This document shows positions 41,863 through 51,766 of a stretch of DNA of 64,000 bases, piece by piece (the first letter of the stretch is position 1; every line of letters begins with the position of its first letter). The stretch is from Acinetobacter phage Acj61. A model generated the notes under the pieces. The model saw only the letters and a list, made by a program, of their open reading frames with translations. It was not told where the DNA came from and did not search any database. Location: the sequence record GU911519.1. One strand, given 5' to 3'. Position numbers and translations under genes: made by a program.

Positions 41863-42779
41863 ACATCTTCTCCATTTTCGATAACTACATCTTCGTATAG
41901 AGGCATTATATACTCGGATTCAATGTCAGCATCGAAATAGATCAATTCTGCAAGACCTGGATGAAAAACTTTTTGAGGATTTTCATTGTAGATAATTTTT
42001 GGTTGTCCAATCAAAACTCGATAATAATCTTGCTTTGACAACTTGATATTGTGAATCACAGCTCGTTCAGGATATTTTGAACGATCGAACGTGTCATTAG
42101 GGTCGGTCACAAAGACTGCACCATTTTTGAGTTCCATAGATTTCTCTACAACTGCATCAAAATCATAACACTTATCCGAGATTCGGAATGGATGAAAAAT
42201 AGTTCTATCACCAATATGAATAACTTCTGCATCACCCAAATATCGGTCAATGATTTCTGGACTCACAACCTTTTGACAAACAACAATTTTTTCTGCCGGG
42301 GCACCATTTTCAACAAGTACATCTTTTTGACATTGATTCAAAACGAATGTACGTTGTGATAAGATCACACTTGCTACATCAGTTTGTAAGAATCCATCAA
42401 TGTATGCTCGTGGATTTTCAGGGTCAGCAGTAATGTTGAAGTTGAAGATGATTGGAATCTTGCCGAAGTAACCAGTGATATCCGTCACAACGATATCGCA
42501 ATCCAAGAATGTGATGATCTTTGCAATCTTATCACGATTACAATTCCAGAACGATCGACGTGTTTCAAATGCATTAGTCATGTAAGGCACTTGGATGTAC
42601 ACGAATTCCGGAAAGAGTTCTTTAAGTTCATCATAGTCTGCAATAGCTGTTGGGATTGTAATTACATCACCAGCTCGAGCACGACTTAAATGAAGTTGGA
42701 AATTGCCGTCCTTAAGGACTGAGTATAACCCAGTCTCATAAGAACGCATAGAGAAGATTGGTACAATCAGCTTACGCAT
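41850..42779 (-). CDS. hypothetical protein (309 aa) within DNA-modification cluster
   Basis: AAGGAACCTGAT RBS; no motif recognised. Confidence 0.5.
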   Translation of the reverse strand: MRKLIVPIFSMRSYETGLYSVLKDGNFQLHLSRARAGDVITIPTAIADYDELKELFPEFVYIQVPYMTNAFETRRSFWNCNRDKIAKIITFLDCDIVVTDITGYFGKIPIIFNFNITADPENPRAYIDGFLQTDVASVILSQRTFVLNQCQKDVLVENGAPAEKIVVCQKVVSPEIIDRYLGDAEVIHIGDRTIFHPFRISDKCYDFDAVVEKSMELKNGAVFVTDPNDTFDRSKYPERAVIHNIKLSKQDYYRVLIGQPKIIYNENPQKVFHPGLAELIYFDADIESEYIMPLYEDVVIENGEDVWLS

Positions 42780-42789
42780 ATCAGGTTCC

Positions 42790-43503
42790 TTATTTTACCC
42801 ATGGTAAAAATGTTTTGACATATTCGAGGTCTCGTTCAAAGACATGAGCAGATACGATTGAATGTGAATATGTACCCAATTCTACTCCACATTTATCAGC
42901 AATGTGTTGCATAAATTTCTGCATCAAGTAGAAATCTAATTGCATAACAACAGCACAGTTTTGACTACGCATGTGTGTATGAGCATAAAGGCGACCTTCA
43001 CGAATATAGAACGTCACAGAATCAGTACACGGATATTCCAATGTTTCATCTGCATCAAGAAGAACTTGGTCCTGTTCTTGCAAGATTTGAAAAACTACTC
43101 GACGTGAGTTTTCCTTTTCTTTGAGCTCTTTAATAAGAGCGGGCATTTGTGCAGCGATTCGTGGACCATAGAAAGTGTTGAAATTCGCAGGAAGAGATTC
43201 CGTCTTCGGTTTCGCAAGGAATTTCGCGACATTTGGATATTCCTTAAACGCTTGTTCCGCATCTGTGCCACCTGCAATCATGAATTCCCAGAACTTTTCT
43301 GCATAGTTGTAATCAATACGATTGATCTTTTTGTTTCCGAAAGTTGCACCTTCTTCAGGATATTCAACTTCGATTAGAAGTGATCCAATTTCACGACATT
43401 TGCCAATGCGAGATTCAGTGATGAATTCAGGAGTTTCTACTACTTTGGCGACAGTCAATAAGAATGCTTCTTCAAATGTTGCTGCGTCTATATACTTTGA
43501 CAT
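42790..43503 (-). CDS. 42: dCMP hydroxymethylase (thymidylate-synthase family)
   Basis: ...YPCTDSVTFYIREGRLYAHTHMRSQNCAVVMQLDFY... matches T4 gp42 FMCTNTVQYLIRD...MRSNDVV.G..D active-site region (catalytic Cys). Confidence 0.8.
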   Translation of the reverse strand: MSKYIDAATFEEAFLLTVAKVVETPEFITESRIGKCREIGSLLIEVEYPEEGATFGNKKINRIDYNYAEKFWEFMIAGGTDAEQAFKEYPNVAKFLAKPKTESLPANFNTFYGPRIAAQMPALIKELKEKENSRRVVFQILQEQDQVLLDADETLEYPCTDSVTFYIREGRLYAHTHMRSQNCAVVMQLDFYLMQKFMQHIADKCGVELGTYSHSIVSAHVFERDLEYVKTFLPWVK

Positions 43504-43889
43504 TACTTCACCTGTGGTTTGTATGGTTGTTTAGATAATAATTCATTTTTGAAGAAAGCATCTTTGAATTCTTGTGGATTCATCGATTTGTCATCAATAA
43601 TCCAGTCATACACGGGCTTGTGAGTCATGAGTTCATGATATTTGACGCCGATCTTTTCAAGATTCTTGACTAAAGATGGAACGATATCTGTTGCGATACG
43701 TCCAGGACCAACTGACTTCATTCCACGAGCAGTGTAAAGAGTGATATGATGACCTTGCTCATACAACTCATTGATAATTTGAACCATTGTTACATCAGGC
43801 TTGAAATTTTCATAATCTCTGTTGTCGTCCCAGAGAGTTATCGTATCATCGATGTCCACACAAAAATGCTTGCGTTTTACATTGTCCAT
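43503..43889 (-). CDS. HAD-superfamily phosphatase
   Basis: From MDNVKRKHFCVDIDDTIT (DxDxT motif I). Confidence 0.6.
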   Translation of the reverse strand: MDNVKRKHFCVDIDDTITLWDDNRDYENFKPDVTMVQIINELYEQGHHITLYTARGMKSVGPGRIATDIVPSLVKNLEKIGVKYHELMTHKPVYDWIIDDKSMNPQEFKDAFFKNELLSKQPYKPQVK

Positions 43890-44209
43890 TAGTATAAGTC
43901 CTCTGAAAATAAAATACCTGGCGAACCAGTAACACGACGAATTTGATTTGCTGCTTTGGCAATTAACCAAGCTTCTTCACGATCAACAAAACGTCCTTCC
44001 GATGTGGTGAATCCTTGATGCCAGTGATTGTAGTCAGCATCTTCACCATAAATTTTATCAGCGACATTAAAAAATATATCGTCGCCATGACGTTTAGACA
44101 TAATCATCATATTGTCTTCAGGATTCAGTGCCGAAGCACTGATCACGATTTCCTGAAGTTGACGATGTCCAGTATGTTTATCAACACATAATAGAGCACC
44201 GATTGGCAT
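43889..44209 (-). CDS. hypothetical protein in sugar cluster
   Basis: 106-aa ORF with stop/start overlaps on both sides. Confidence 0.45.
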   Translation of the reverse strand: MPIGALLCVDKHTGHRQLQEIVISASALNPEDNMMIMSKRHGDDIFFNVADKIYGEDADYNHWHQGFTTSEGRFVDREEAWLIAKAANQIRRVTGSPGILFSEDLY

Positions 44210-45867
44210 TAGATTTTCTCCCAGTCAAAAACTTGTACAGGATGAGCATTAGGGCGATACTTTTCACCAGTTTCTAAGTCTGTAAGAAGCCATTTGCCTG
44301 GATTCTTTGTCTTTAGAACTGATACGACGAGATCAGTATCATGTGAAACTTTACCATTACGAAGACGTCGACCAGCTTCATCAAGAGTCCGAGTCAATAG
44401 ATGCATCCCGTAATAGTATGCACTTACTGCTTTGATTGGATTGTTCTTGAAATATCCAGCTAATGCGATCCAAATAACTGCAACCCATAGACGATGGAAA
44501 ATGTTGAAGTTTGGATTGTAGAAGCTATCAAGTTCATTGATCTTGACTGTTGCTGATTGACCATCAATCGATAATCCACCCCACATAGGGTCAGAATTAA
44601 ATTCATCATAACCACTTAATGCATAAAGCACTTTAGCTTCATCATAAATTCGTGGACCAAATAATTTCGTTTTACCGAAGTAGCCACGTGGGTCAATCAA
44701 ACGAACACCTGAATCATCGAGCATCAAGTTACTAAAGTTCGGATCACCATGAATGATGTGGTAGTTATTGTGAATTGATTCATAGATCAAATGTGAATAT
44801 GCTTGTTGCAACATAGTCTTCAAACGACCAATACGAGTTCCATTGACAAAACGAATCTTGCCGAATGAATCAATGACACCTTGAATTTCTTTACAACGAG
44901 CTAAAACTTTATCGATGACTTCATATTGATAATCACGAGCTTTAGTTTCGTATGTGACTTTGCATCCAATTTCTGGGAATTTCAAAGTTTCAAGAATTTC
45001 ATCCAATAATTCTGGTTTGTAGACTTCGAACATTGGTTTGCCATGAATTCGTTCCATTTTGAAGTTGCATGCATTAGGAGTATTGCGTCGATCAATAATC
45101 TTTGGCAATGCTGGGCTATCAACATGGTCATACCATGACAGTTCTTCAGCTTGCAGTTCACGACCCTTTTCATTTAATGCAGCTTTGAAAACTACATCAC
45201 CAGAGAAAGTAACTGAGTTGAATTCACGATTCAATTCACGATGACGATGAGCATTTTGAAGTTTCGGTTTGTCACCTAAATCAGTGAGCCCAATCAATTC
45301 TTCTTGATAGAACGAATCTTTAACATCGAGCAATTCGACAAAGTCACGACCTTTGAAATATTCGTTGGCTTCATCTTTGTCATCGAAACGCTGAATGAAG
45401 AAATCATCGTACTGATAAATGCCAACTACGTTGCCGCCGGTTCCACCGGTTTCTTTGAGTTCATTGCCATCAAAGTTATAGCGGCATTCATCACCGAATG
45501 TGTAGATCGCATCATGGTCCCATGAGAATGCATCAAATTCTGGAATGACATCACACCAGTTGAAAACGACATTATGCCCATTGATTCGATTGGCAACTTG
45601 AGATATAGCATAGGCTGAACCATAAGCTTCGTCAACTGTTTCAACTGTGATGTTGAGTTTAAAGACTTTGGCATATTCGCGAACTTGTTTTGCAAACTTG
45701 CTATGAACGACAACAATAATTTCTTGAGCACCAGCTTGTTTATAGATCGAATATAAATGATGCAGAATTGTGTGTTGTTTGTAGTTCACCAAGACTTTAG
45801 GAATATGGTGTGTGATTGGATACAATCGAGTTGCAAGTCCAGCACCAAGAATAACTACTTTTTTCAT
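44209..45867 (-). CDS. bifunctional sugar-1-phosphate nucleotidyltransferase / sugar kinase (APH/ChoK-like)
   Basis: N-term ILGAGLATRLYPITHHIPKVLV (G-x-G-x-R-x-P...K NTase loop); C-term ...HGDPNFSNLMLDD...IDPRGYFG (Brenner HxDxxxxN + DFG-like) kinase motifs. Confidence 0.7.
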   Translation of the reverse strand: MKKVVILGAGLATRLYPITHHIPKVLVNYKQHTILHHLYSIYKQAGAQEIIVVVHSKFAKQVREYAKVFKLNITVETVDEAYGSAYAISQVANRINGHNVVFNWCDVIPEFDAFSWDHDAIYTFGDECRYNFDGNELKETGGTGGNVVGIYQYDDFFIQRFDDKDEANEYFKGRDFVELLDVKDSFYQEELIGLTDLGDKPKLQNAHRHRELNREFNSVTFSGDVVFKAALNEKGRELQAEELSWYDHVDSPALPKIIDRRNTPNACNFKMERIHGKPMFEVYKPELLDEILETLKFPEIGCKVTYETKARDYQYEVIDKVLARCKEIQGVIDSFGKIRFVNGTRIGRLKTMLQQAYSHLIYESIHNNYHIIHGDPNFSNLMLDDSGVRLIDPRGYFGKTKLFGPRIYDEAKVLYALSGYDEFNSDPMWGGLSIDGQSATVKINELDSFYNPNFNIFHRLWVAVIWIALAGYFKNNPIKAVSAYYYGMHLLTRTLDEAGRRLRNGKVSHDTDLVVSVLKTKNPGKWLLTDLETGEKYRPNAHPVQVFDWEKI

Positions 45868-45940
45868 ATTTGAATAATTCCTAAGAAGAACTGTGATACG
45901 TTAATTATACCACAGTTCTGAGTTAAAGTACATTGCTATT

Positions 45941-46573
45941 TTATTTAGTTTCGGACTTTAACATAGCACCTAATGAACCGCCAGGATGATACGCATAGAA
46001 ATCTTCACGTTTAAAGCCAACATACTTCGACAGAATGACACCGATTGTATCGAGAAGAGCCAATAGAACTGTCGTACTGGTCGTCGGAGCCAAGTTATTG
46101 TCATCACATTCTACAATGCCAGGAATACCAAATTCGATGTCAAATGGAGCTTTCTGCTCATCAGTCAAATTCGGGTTACAATGTAACAAGATTTGAAGAA
46201 CATTTGGACGAATTTTATTGAGGTGCTGTGCCATGTACTGCATTTCGTCAGTTTTGCCTGAACGTGAAACGTGAATAACTACGTCGTCATGTGCAATGAA
46301 GCCAGCGTCACCGTGTGAATAATGACATGTGTTAAGGTACATTGATGGGATACCTAAGCTTGCGAAAGTTTCAGAAGCTTTAGCTGCCATGTTTGCATTT
46401 TTACCAACACCGGTGATCATGATACGACGACGATAATTTGATGCTGCAACTGGCTTTAACGTTTCAATCATGCTGTCATATTTGTCGCCGTTAAGAGCGA
46501 TCGCGGTATGAAGATGATCTAATGCGTCATTTTGAGCTTCAACAACTTGTAATGCTAAATCGATATTGTCCAT
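45941..46573 (-). CDS. SIS-domain sugar-phosphate isomerase, KpsF/GutQ-type (arabinose-5-phosphate isomerase-like, no CBS domains)
   Basis: ITGVGKNANMAAKASETFASLG, VIHVSRSGKTDE and APTTSTTVLLALLDTIGVILSKYVGFKREDFYAYHPGGSLG match KpsF SIS domain. Confidence 0.7.
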   Translation of the reverse strand: MDNIDLALQVVEAQNDALDHLHTAIALNGDKYDSMIETLKPVAASNYRRRIMITGVGKNANMAAKASETFASLGIPSMYLNTCHYSHGDAGFIAHDDVVIHVSRSGKTDEMQYMAQHLNKIRPNVLQILLHCNPNLTDEQKAPFDIEFGIPGIVECDDNNLAPTTSTTVLLALLDTIGVILSKYVGFKREDFYAYHPGGSLGAMLKSETK

Positions 46574-46581
46574 ATTTACCT

Positions 46582-46854
46582 CTAAATACTAGAAACTGCT
46601 GCGAACTCAGCAATTGCCATAATGAATGTTACAAGAACGAACGCTACTGTGAAAATAAGAGTTCGAACTATTTGAGAACCGGTTAGCCCTTTCAATGCCA
46701 AGATGAATGCGATAATCCATCCGATAGCAGTCCAACCGAAGAAAATGTTGACCATCAAAACTGATACGTTGTTTGATGTCGTGTAGTAGGTCGCTGTGAT
46801 TCCTGGTAGCAAGTACAGGAAAAATAGTAACGCACAAACTAATAAGATACTCAT
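46582..46854 (-). CDS. small membrane protein (3 TM; in the position of T4 imm)
   Basis: From MSILLVCALLFFLYLL...; GAGGAAATCATC RBS. Confidence 0.5.
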   Translation of the reverse strand: MSILLVCALLFFLYLLPGITATYYTTSNNVSVLMVNIFFGWTAIGWIIAFILALKGLTGSQIVRTLIFTVAFVLVTFIMAIAEFAAVSSI

Positions 46855-46876
46855 GATGATTTCCTCATCTAAATTA

Positions 46877-46920
46877 TTTGATAGGACCATTATAACACAG
46901 TCCTATCAAATCGTATACTG
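46877..46920 (-). promoter_or_regulatory. early promoter cassette, perfect palindrome
   Basis: tgataggac|cattataacac|agtcctatca; -10 46889-94; -35-like GTATAC. Confidence 0.5.
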
Positions 46921-46929
46921 CTTTATGAA

Positions 46930-48102
46930 TTAAAAACCGAAAATATCTTCAAGAGAAGCTTTCTTTTCACATTGAAGCCCAGCGGCTTCACACATACCTT
47001 CAAGTGGAGTCTTGAAAGATTTACCGAATAATGAGACATAATCGACTGAACGTAGAACGTTTTGACGAATCTCAGTTGGAATCTCTGTACCAGAAGGCCA
47101 TGCAATCAATTTGTCACCAAATGGGTTGGCAGGTACTAATGGCAGAACCATGACCTTTTCGCCTTCTTGGATGTCTGTTGCACCAGGGATTTCTTTGATT
47201 GCTCGTTTGTAAGTCAGAACTCCACGAATATGAGCAGGACACTTGAGACCAGGGAATCCATTGTCATCATATTTAGCAATGTTGTTTGCAGACGAAACTT
47301 TAGCGATCACTTTGTAATCAAGAGCTCGATATTCATTTTCAAACTCTTTGTAGTAAGTTTGAAGTGATTTCTCACCTTCTTGAAGCATTCGGCGAATAGA
47401 TTCAACTAATGCATCTTGAACTGCCTTAGGAGTAGATGATTGCTGAGTTTCCATTCCCATGATTTTCAAGTATGGTGTCTTGAATCGAGTACCTTCCATG
47501 TCCCATACACAAAGTGCATATCGTTTCTTAGCTTTCCAGAATCCACCGATACCTTCAGAACCAAGTGGTGGTGCAGAGATTGCTTCACGATCCATAAACA
47601 TCAAATGTTCGCGATTGTTCATGTACTCACACATTTCACGATATGCTGTATCAATCATTGGTTCCATTTTCTTGAGACCAAATTGATTCAAGAATTCGAT
47701 CAAATCATTTGTCTCTTTGAAACGTTCGATGCCAACTTTTTCAATTACTTTGTCAACACAGACATAGATCGAATCTGTATCACCAGCAATAACGAATGCA
47801 TGTCCTGTAGTTCCACAGACTTTATTCAAGTACTCGTTAACTTTTCGTTCAATCCATTGAATTGCCATTTGTCCAAACGTAGTAATTGCTGCAGCATTTC
47901 GAAGATCATAGAATCGGAAATAAATATTACCTAAAGCACCATACAACGAGTTAATGAGTAGCTTTCGGTTGATCTGATTCGTGTCACACAACATGATGAA
48001 ATCGGCACAATCTTGTTCAAGTTTTTCGATTTCTTCGTCAGACAGTGTTTGAAGATAAGCGATTTCTTCGTCAGTGAAATCACGTCCAAAGTCAAGGTTC
48101 AT
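46930..48102 (-). CDS. 43: DNA polymerase, family B, C-terminal cistron (palm motifs A/C, thumb) = 43B
   Basis: MNLDFGRDFT...NRKLLINSLYGALGN (motif A)...FVIAGDTDSIYV (motif C)...KKRYAL; own GGAG RBS and ATG at 48102. Confidence 0.88.
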   Translation of the reverse strand: MNLDFGRDFTDEEIAYLQTLSDEEIEKLEQDCADFIMLCDTNQINRKLLINSLYGALGNIYFRFYDLRNAAAITTFGQMAIQWIERKVNEYLNKVCGTTGHAFVIAGDTDSIYVCVDKVIEKVGIERFKETNDLIEFLNQFGLKKMEPMIDTAYREMCEYMNNREHLMFMDREAISAPPLGSEGIGGFWKAKKRYALCVWDMEGTRFKTPYLKIMGMETQQSSTPKAVQDALVESIRRMLQEGEKSLQTYYKEFENEYRALDYKVIAKVSSANNIAKYDDNGFPGLKCPAHIRGVLTYKRAIKEIPGATDIQEGEKVMVLPLVPANPFGDKLIAWPSGTEIPTEIRQNVLRSVDYVSLFGKSFKTPLEGMCEAAGLQCEKKASLEDIFGF

Positions 48103-48301
48103 AAGAACTCCAATTAAGATGGGATAATGTAATTGTATATCAAATTATCGATTCGCACCTGTCGAATCAACTGAGCCGTCACAGACTACACACGGGACTC
48201 TACCAGTTTCTCGTATGTAGTTCTGACGGATTTCTTCAGAAGTCATTGTAGGTGCATCGTAATGATACGTAGTGCAGCCGGTAAGAGTGATAATCAATAA
48301 G

Positions 48302-48484
48302 CTAATTGCGTACTTCATATGTTATGTCTACCCGTGCTGTAAGAGATAATTCTTCTTCGCAATTTGAGCATTCGATGACGAATGAATCGCCATCATGTCT
48401 CCAGTTTTCAGTGTAGTCGGTAGAGTCGTTTTGGTGTCCACAGAATGGACACCCAACGTCATCACTCATACTTTTCACCTTCAA
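48302..48484 (-). CDS. small zinc-ribbon-like protein
   Basis: CPFCG...C..C pattern. Confidence 0.4.
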   Translation of the reverse strand: MKVKSMSDDVGCPFCGHQNDSTDYTENWRHDGDSFVIECSNCEEELSLTARVDITYEVRN

Positions 48485-49019
48485 CTTTATTTTGAAGTTT
48501 GAAACGACGATTCAAGTCAACGTTAATGTTGAGATATCCTGACACGTTTCGTGAAATTTTGTCTGCAACACCTGCATCGTTTGCAAGTGAAACAAGTTCA
48601 GTCAAACGAATTTCAGCTTCATTGATCTCGCCTGTGTAGTCTGATGAGCTATAACGCTGAGAATAATTTGCATACGTGTAATCATGTACTGCAGATTGAA
48701 TTCGACGTTGTAATTGATCGATCATAGATGTGCCTCGTTGATAGTAGACTGGCTCTGGTTTCTTCCAATCATATGGGAATAATTTGTGGCACTTTGTGCA
48801 ACGTTTTTGAGGAGGATTCGATAGTAACATACGTCCTTCCTGAAATTCATGTTCGCATTCTGGAATACGAGGCTCGATACCTGAAACACATCCAGTTGTT
48901 AAGCTCAGAGGTGCTTGCACTGGCGGTGTAGCAACAAGTATTGAATGTTTCAATTCAGGTGCAGGTTGTCCATATACACCATTGAACCATTGTTCAGCTA
49001 AAGATTTCATACGAACCAC
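48462..49019 (-). CDS. hypothetical Cys-containing protein
   Basis: 185-aa ORF inside the gene-43 insertion. Confidence 0.45.
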   Translation of the reverse strand: MVRMKSLAEQWFNGVYGQPAPELKHSILVATPPVQAPLSLTTGCVSGIEPRIPECEHEFQEGRMLLSNPPQKRCTKCHKLFPYDWKKPEPVYYQRGTSMIDQLQRRIQSAVHDYTYANYSQRYSSSDYTGEINEAEIRLTELVSLANDAGVADKISRNVSGYLNINVDLNRRFKLQNKVEGEKYE

Positions 49020-49483
49020 TCCGGTTGATTACGATTTTTCCATTCAGCAAGATTTCGTTTTTCAGTCATGTACAACTCGCGATACAATTGAACTGTGTCT
49101 GCGTTGTGTACTACACGTCCAGGCAAAACTGCAACGAATGGAGTCAATTCACCTTTTCCATCAGGAATTTTATCAAGAACATCGATAAACAAAGGAATCA
49201 AACGAGAACCTGCATGTACCTTACCATATCGATGAGTGTACTCATCAAGAAGAGCCATGTTAAGTTCGAGTAGATATTCAAAGTTTGCTTTAGATTCACG
49301 AACCCAAACTGCTGAAGGATGATTGACATGAGTTTTACGATACATATCTTCCGTAGCTAAGCCGAAAACATGGCATGCAGTCGAAAGAAGTTGATTGTAC
49401 TCAGTAATCATTTTAACAACGTGTTTGTTGCCATGTGCTTGAGCACATAGATTTATGTCGTGATCTAAAAGAAAGATGTTCAT
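49007..49483 (-). CDS. hypothetical protein
   Basis: 158-aa ORF. Confidence 0.5.
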   Translation of the reverse strand: MNIFLLDHDINLCAQAHGNKHVVKMITEYNQLLSTACHVFGLATEDMYRKTHVNHPSAVWVRESKANFEYLLELNMALLDEYTHRYGKVHAGSRLIPLFIDVLDKIPDGKGELTPFVAVLPGRVVHNADTVQLYRELYMTEKRNLAEWKNRNQPEWFV

Positions 49484-49501
49484 GATAATTCCATCATTGT
49501 T

Positions 49502-49542
49502 TTGATAGGACCATTATAACATAGTCCTATCAAAAAGTAAAC
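49502..49542 (-). promoter_or_regulatory. early promoter cassette, perfect palindrome
   Basis: TTTACT (49536-41) - 17 - TATAAT (49513-18). Confidence 0.55.
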
Positions 49543-49814
49543 TAAACTTTGGTCAAAAGTTTCTTGATTTCAGAAATTAATGCTTCAACTTCTTTCGCCA
49601 TTGTAGTCTGATGCTCAGGCTTGGTTGTAACTTCAGCAACACCTTTTATTCGATAGGCTGCAATAAGAATCTCTTCAATTTGAGGTTTTAATGCAGGTCC
49701 AACCCGAAAACTTTCGAATTTGAAATCATCGGTACTTATACGACGTGGTTCAGTGATAAGTGGATTGCGTTGTCCAATTCCGATACCAACGCCTGGAAAA
49801 TTACCGTCATGCAT
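49542..49814 (-). CDS. hypothetical protein
   Basis: 90-aa ORF after cassette promoter 49502-49542. Confidence 0.45.
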   Translation of the reverse strand: MHDGNFPGVGIGIGQRNPLITEPRRISTDDFKFESFRVGPALKPQIEEILIAAYRIKGVAEVTTKPEHQTTMAKEVEALISEIKKLLTKV

Positions 49815-49824
49815 AGCATGTCTC

Positions 49825-50022
49825 CTATTTGATTTGCTCTAATTTATCTCGAAGCCCGTGAAGAGTACCAAGTGTACCTTCATCAGTGCAGAACAAGATT
49901 TCGCCTTCGATCATACCTAGACATTCACGAGCGATGAAATGTGCATCATCAAACTTGTCCTTCCAGTTGACCAACTTGTTAGCTTCATTTTCAGAAGCTA
50001 ACGTACCATTAATTGCTATCAT
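49825..50022 (-). CDS. hypothetical small protein
   Basis: 65-aa ORF. Confidence 0.4.
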   Translation of the reverse strand: MIAINGTLASENEANKLVNWKDKFDDAHFIARECLGMIEGEILFCTDEGTLGTLHGLRDKLEQIK

Positions 50023-50030
50023 TCTAGCTC

Positions 50031-50267
50031 CTAGAATAACCCGTCGATAGTTTCTTTACCAGCAGCGTGTGGATTCATGAACCACAACAAACCAGTGATA
50101 AAACCCGCGATGTACAGCAAAGGAAATGCAATTAACAAAGTCACAATGAATTTGTAGACAATCAATGCTTTCATAGCAGTTGATTCTTGGTCTTTGTATG
50201 CACCTTTAGCAGCTTTGTATAGATCCATTTTATACTCCAATTTCCCAGAAGCATTGTGCAATGGCAT
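50031..50267 (-). CDS. small membrane protein
   Basis: 78 aa, one long hydrophobic segment. Confidence 0.45.
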   Translation of the reverse strand: MPLHNASGKLEYKMDLYKAAKGAYKDQESTAMKALIVYKFIVTLLIAFPLLYIAGFITGLLWFMNPHAAGKETIDGLF

Positions 50268-50547
50268 GATTCAATTGCATGTCAGAATGAAGTGACTGCT
50301 GAATCAATTGAGCAACAAATGCAATCTCAGATTCTTTGTTGGCTCGAGCGTTGATAGTAACTTCTGCATTTCGTCGAGCCAGATCGATTGCAGAAAACCG
50401 AGCTTTGTAGCGAGGCTGTGTAATGGCTTTCAATAAACCAGGTTGCCATGAAATCGTGAAGCCAGATTTGATTTCAGCAATAATGAACATACTAGTCTCG
50501 CATGACTGCGTCACGCAGGCTTCGCCTTTCTCATTTTTGTAAATCAT
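50230..50547 (-). CDS. hypothetical protein
   Basis: From MIYKNEKGEACV...; GGAGCGAGAAAA RBS. Confidence 0.45.
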   Translation of the reverse strand: MIYKNEKGEACVTQSCETSMFIIAEIKSGFTISWQPGLLKAITQPRYKARFSAIDLARRNAEVTINARANKESEIAFVAQLIQQSLHSDMQLNHAIAQCFWEIGV

Positions 50548-50930
50548 TTTTCTCGCTCCAAGATTTTCGTACAGCAAAATCGTAGTCTTTGCTAGCATTC
50601 AAGAAATGACCATGCATCTTATGGATTTCAATTGAGATAAGATGAAATACTTCATCATTCATCGGTTTGTGACGATACATATCTGACATACGTTCGATAG
50701 CAACAGTGATGTCGTCTAAGATTGATGCACCACCTGATGATTCAATTCGATCAATAACAACTGGGTCAACATTGACTGCAATAACATTAGCTTGTGGCTT
50801 ACACACAAGAGTGTAAGGATACAACGTAATGATTGTTGTGTCTTCCAATTTTTGCACTGATGGCAATGGATACACTTCAGATGGAGTGAATGACATCAAT
50901 CCATCAATAGGCATCTGTTCTAAACCAATC
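50531..50930 (-). CDS. hypothetical protein
   Basis: From MIGLEQMPIDG...; GGGAG RBS 8 nt upstream. Confidence 0.45.
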
Positions 50931-51223
50931 ATATCTTCTACTCCCAAAGTAATCTGAAGTGACAGAACTATTATAATGAACATTTTATACTATTCAGGCT
51001 TATAGCACTCTTCCGTTGTAAATATTTTTGCCAACTTCAGGAGGATAACTTTTGAACTGTTTACGAGTCACCACATCTTAAACACTTTGTGTAACGCATA
51101 GAGAATTTGTATGCATTGCTTTGAGTTAGTCCACCGCCTTTAACTCGTTCGGTCCATTGGTCCTAGTGATGAAAGATTTCTTCATGTTCGACTGTGTGTT
51201 TGCACATAAGTTGCTGAAGTATT

Positions 51224-51658
51224 TTAAACATTGAACGGACTCACTACAGGTAAATTGATTGTGTTACCATACATACGACGAGAACCTTGATAACATCCGG
51301 ATAACGAGTTTGCCATAATTGTATAAAATGGGCGAAGAGCAGGTTTTTGAGATTCAACTTCTACTGAAAGCCCGTATTCAGTCATGAGTTTGTTATACAT
51401 TTGATCATGAACCATCAAATTATGTTCAAGACGTTCAAGGATTGACATTGTTACAGGAATGAATTGCTCGAGAACTGAAGGATCGATTGCAACTGGTTTA
51501 GGGTCCCAAAAACCACCAAGTGTACATTTAGAAGAAGATCCGAACACCTCATTAAACTGCTTGTCAATTGCATCAGAGATAATAGTATCCATCATATTCA
51601 CAGTTAGATTATCCTGTGTTAAATCCTGAATGGCCTGTGTTAAAGTAGTTTGTTTCAT
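51224..51658 (-). CDS. hypothetical protein
   Basis: 144-aa ORF. Confidence 0.5.
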   Translation of the reverse strand: MKQTTLTQAIQDLTQDNLTVNMMDTIISDAIDKQFNEVFGSSSKCTLGGFWDPKPVAIDPSVLEQFIPVTMSILERLEHNLMVHDQMYNKLMTEYGLSVEVESQKPALRPFYTIMANSLSGCYQGSRRMYGNTINLPVVSPFNV

Positions 51659-51675
51659 AATTTAATACTCATTAG

Positions 51676-51717
51676 ATGATAAGACTATAATAACAAATCA
51701 TATAGCAAAAGTAAACT
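51676..51717 (-). promoter_or_regulatory. early promoter cassette (variant -10 TATTAT)
   Basis: tgataagactataataac; TTTACT (51710-15) - 17 - TATTAT. Confidence 0.5.
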
Positions 51718-51726
51718 ATTAGATGC

Positions 51727-51750
51727 CACAAAAGGAGCATAAAGCTCCTA
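51727..51750 (-). terminator. rho-independent terminator
   Basis: aggagc-ataaa-gctcct then UUUGUGGC. Confidence 0.55.
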
Positions 51751-51766
51751 TGTGATTACATTTTGA

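Noticed and set aside
2677-46890. ORF-track N-termini beginning 'MVLS...' (2677-3945, 20022-20378, 20986-21240, 36471-37142, 46582-46890) and the dda 14628 start
   Set aside because: These ATGs are the ATG inside the promoter -10 (TATAATGGTCTTATC...). Real starts are downstream ATGs with Shine-Dalgarno sequences.
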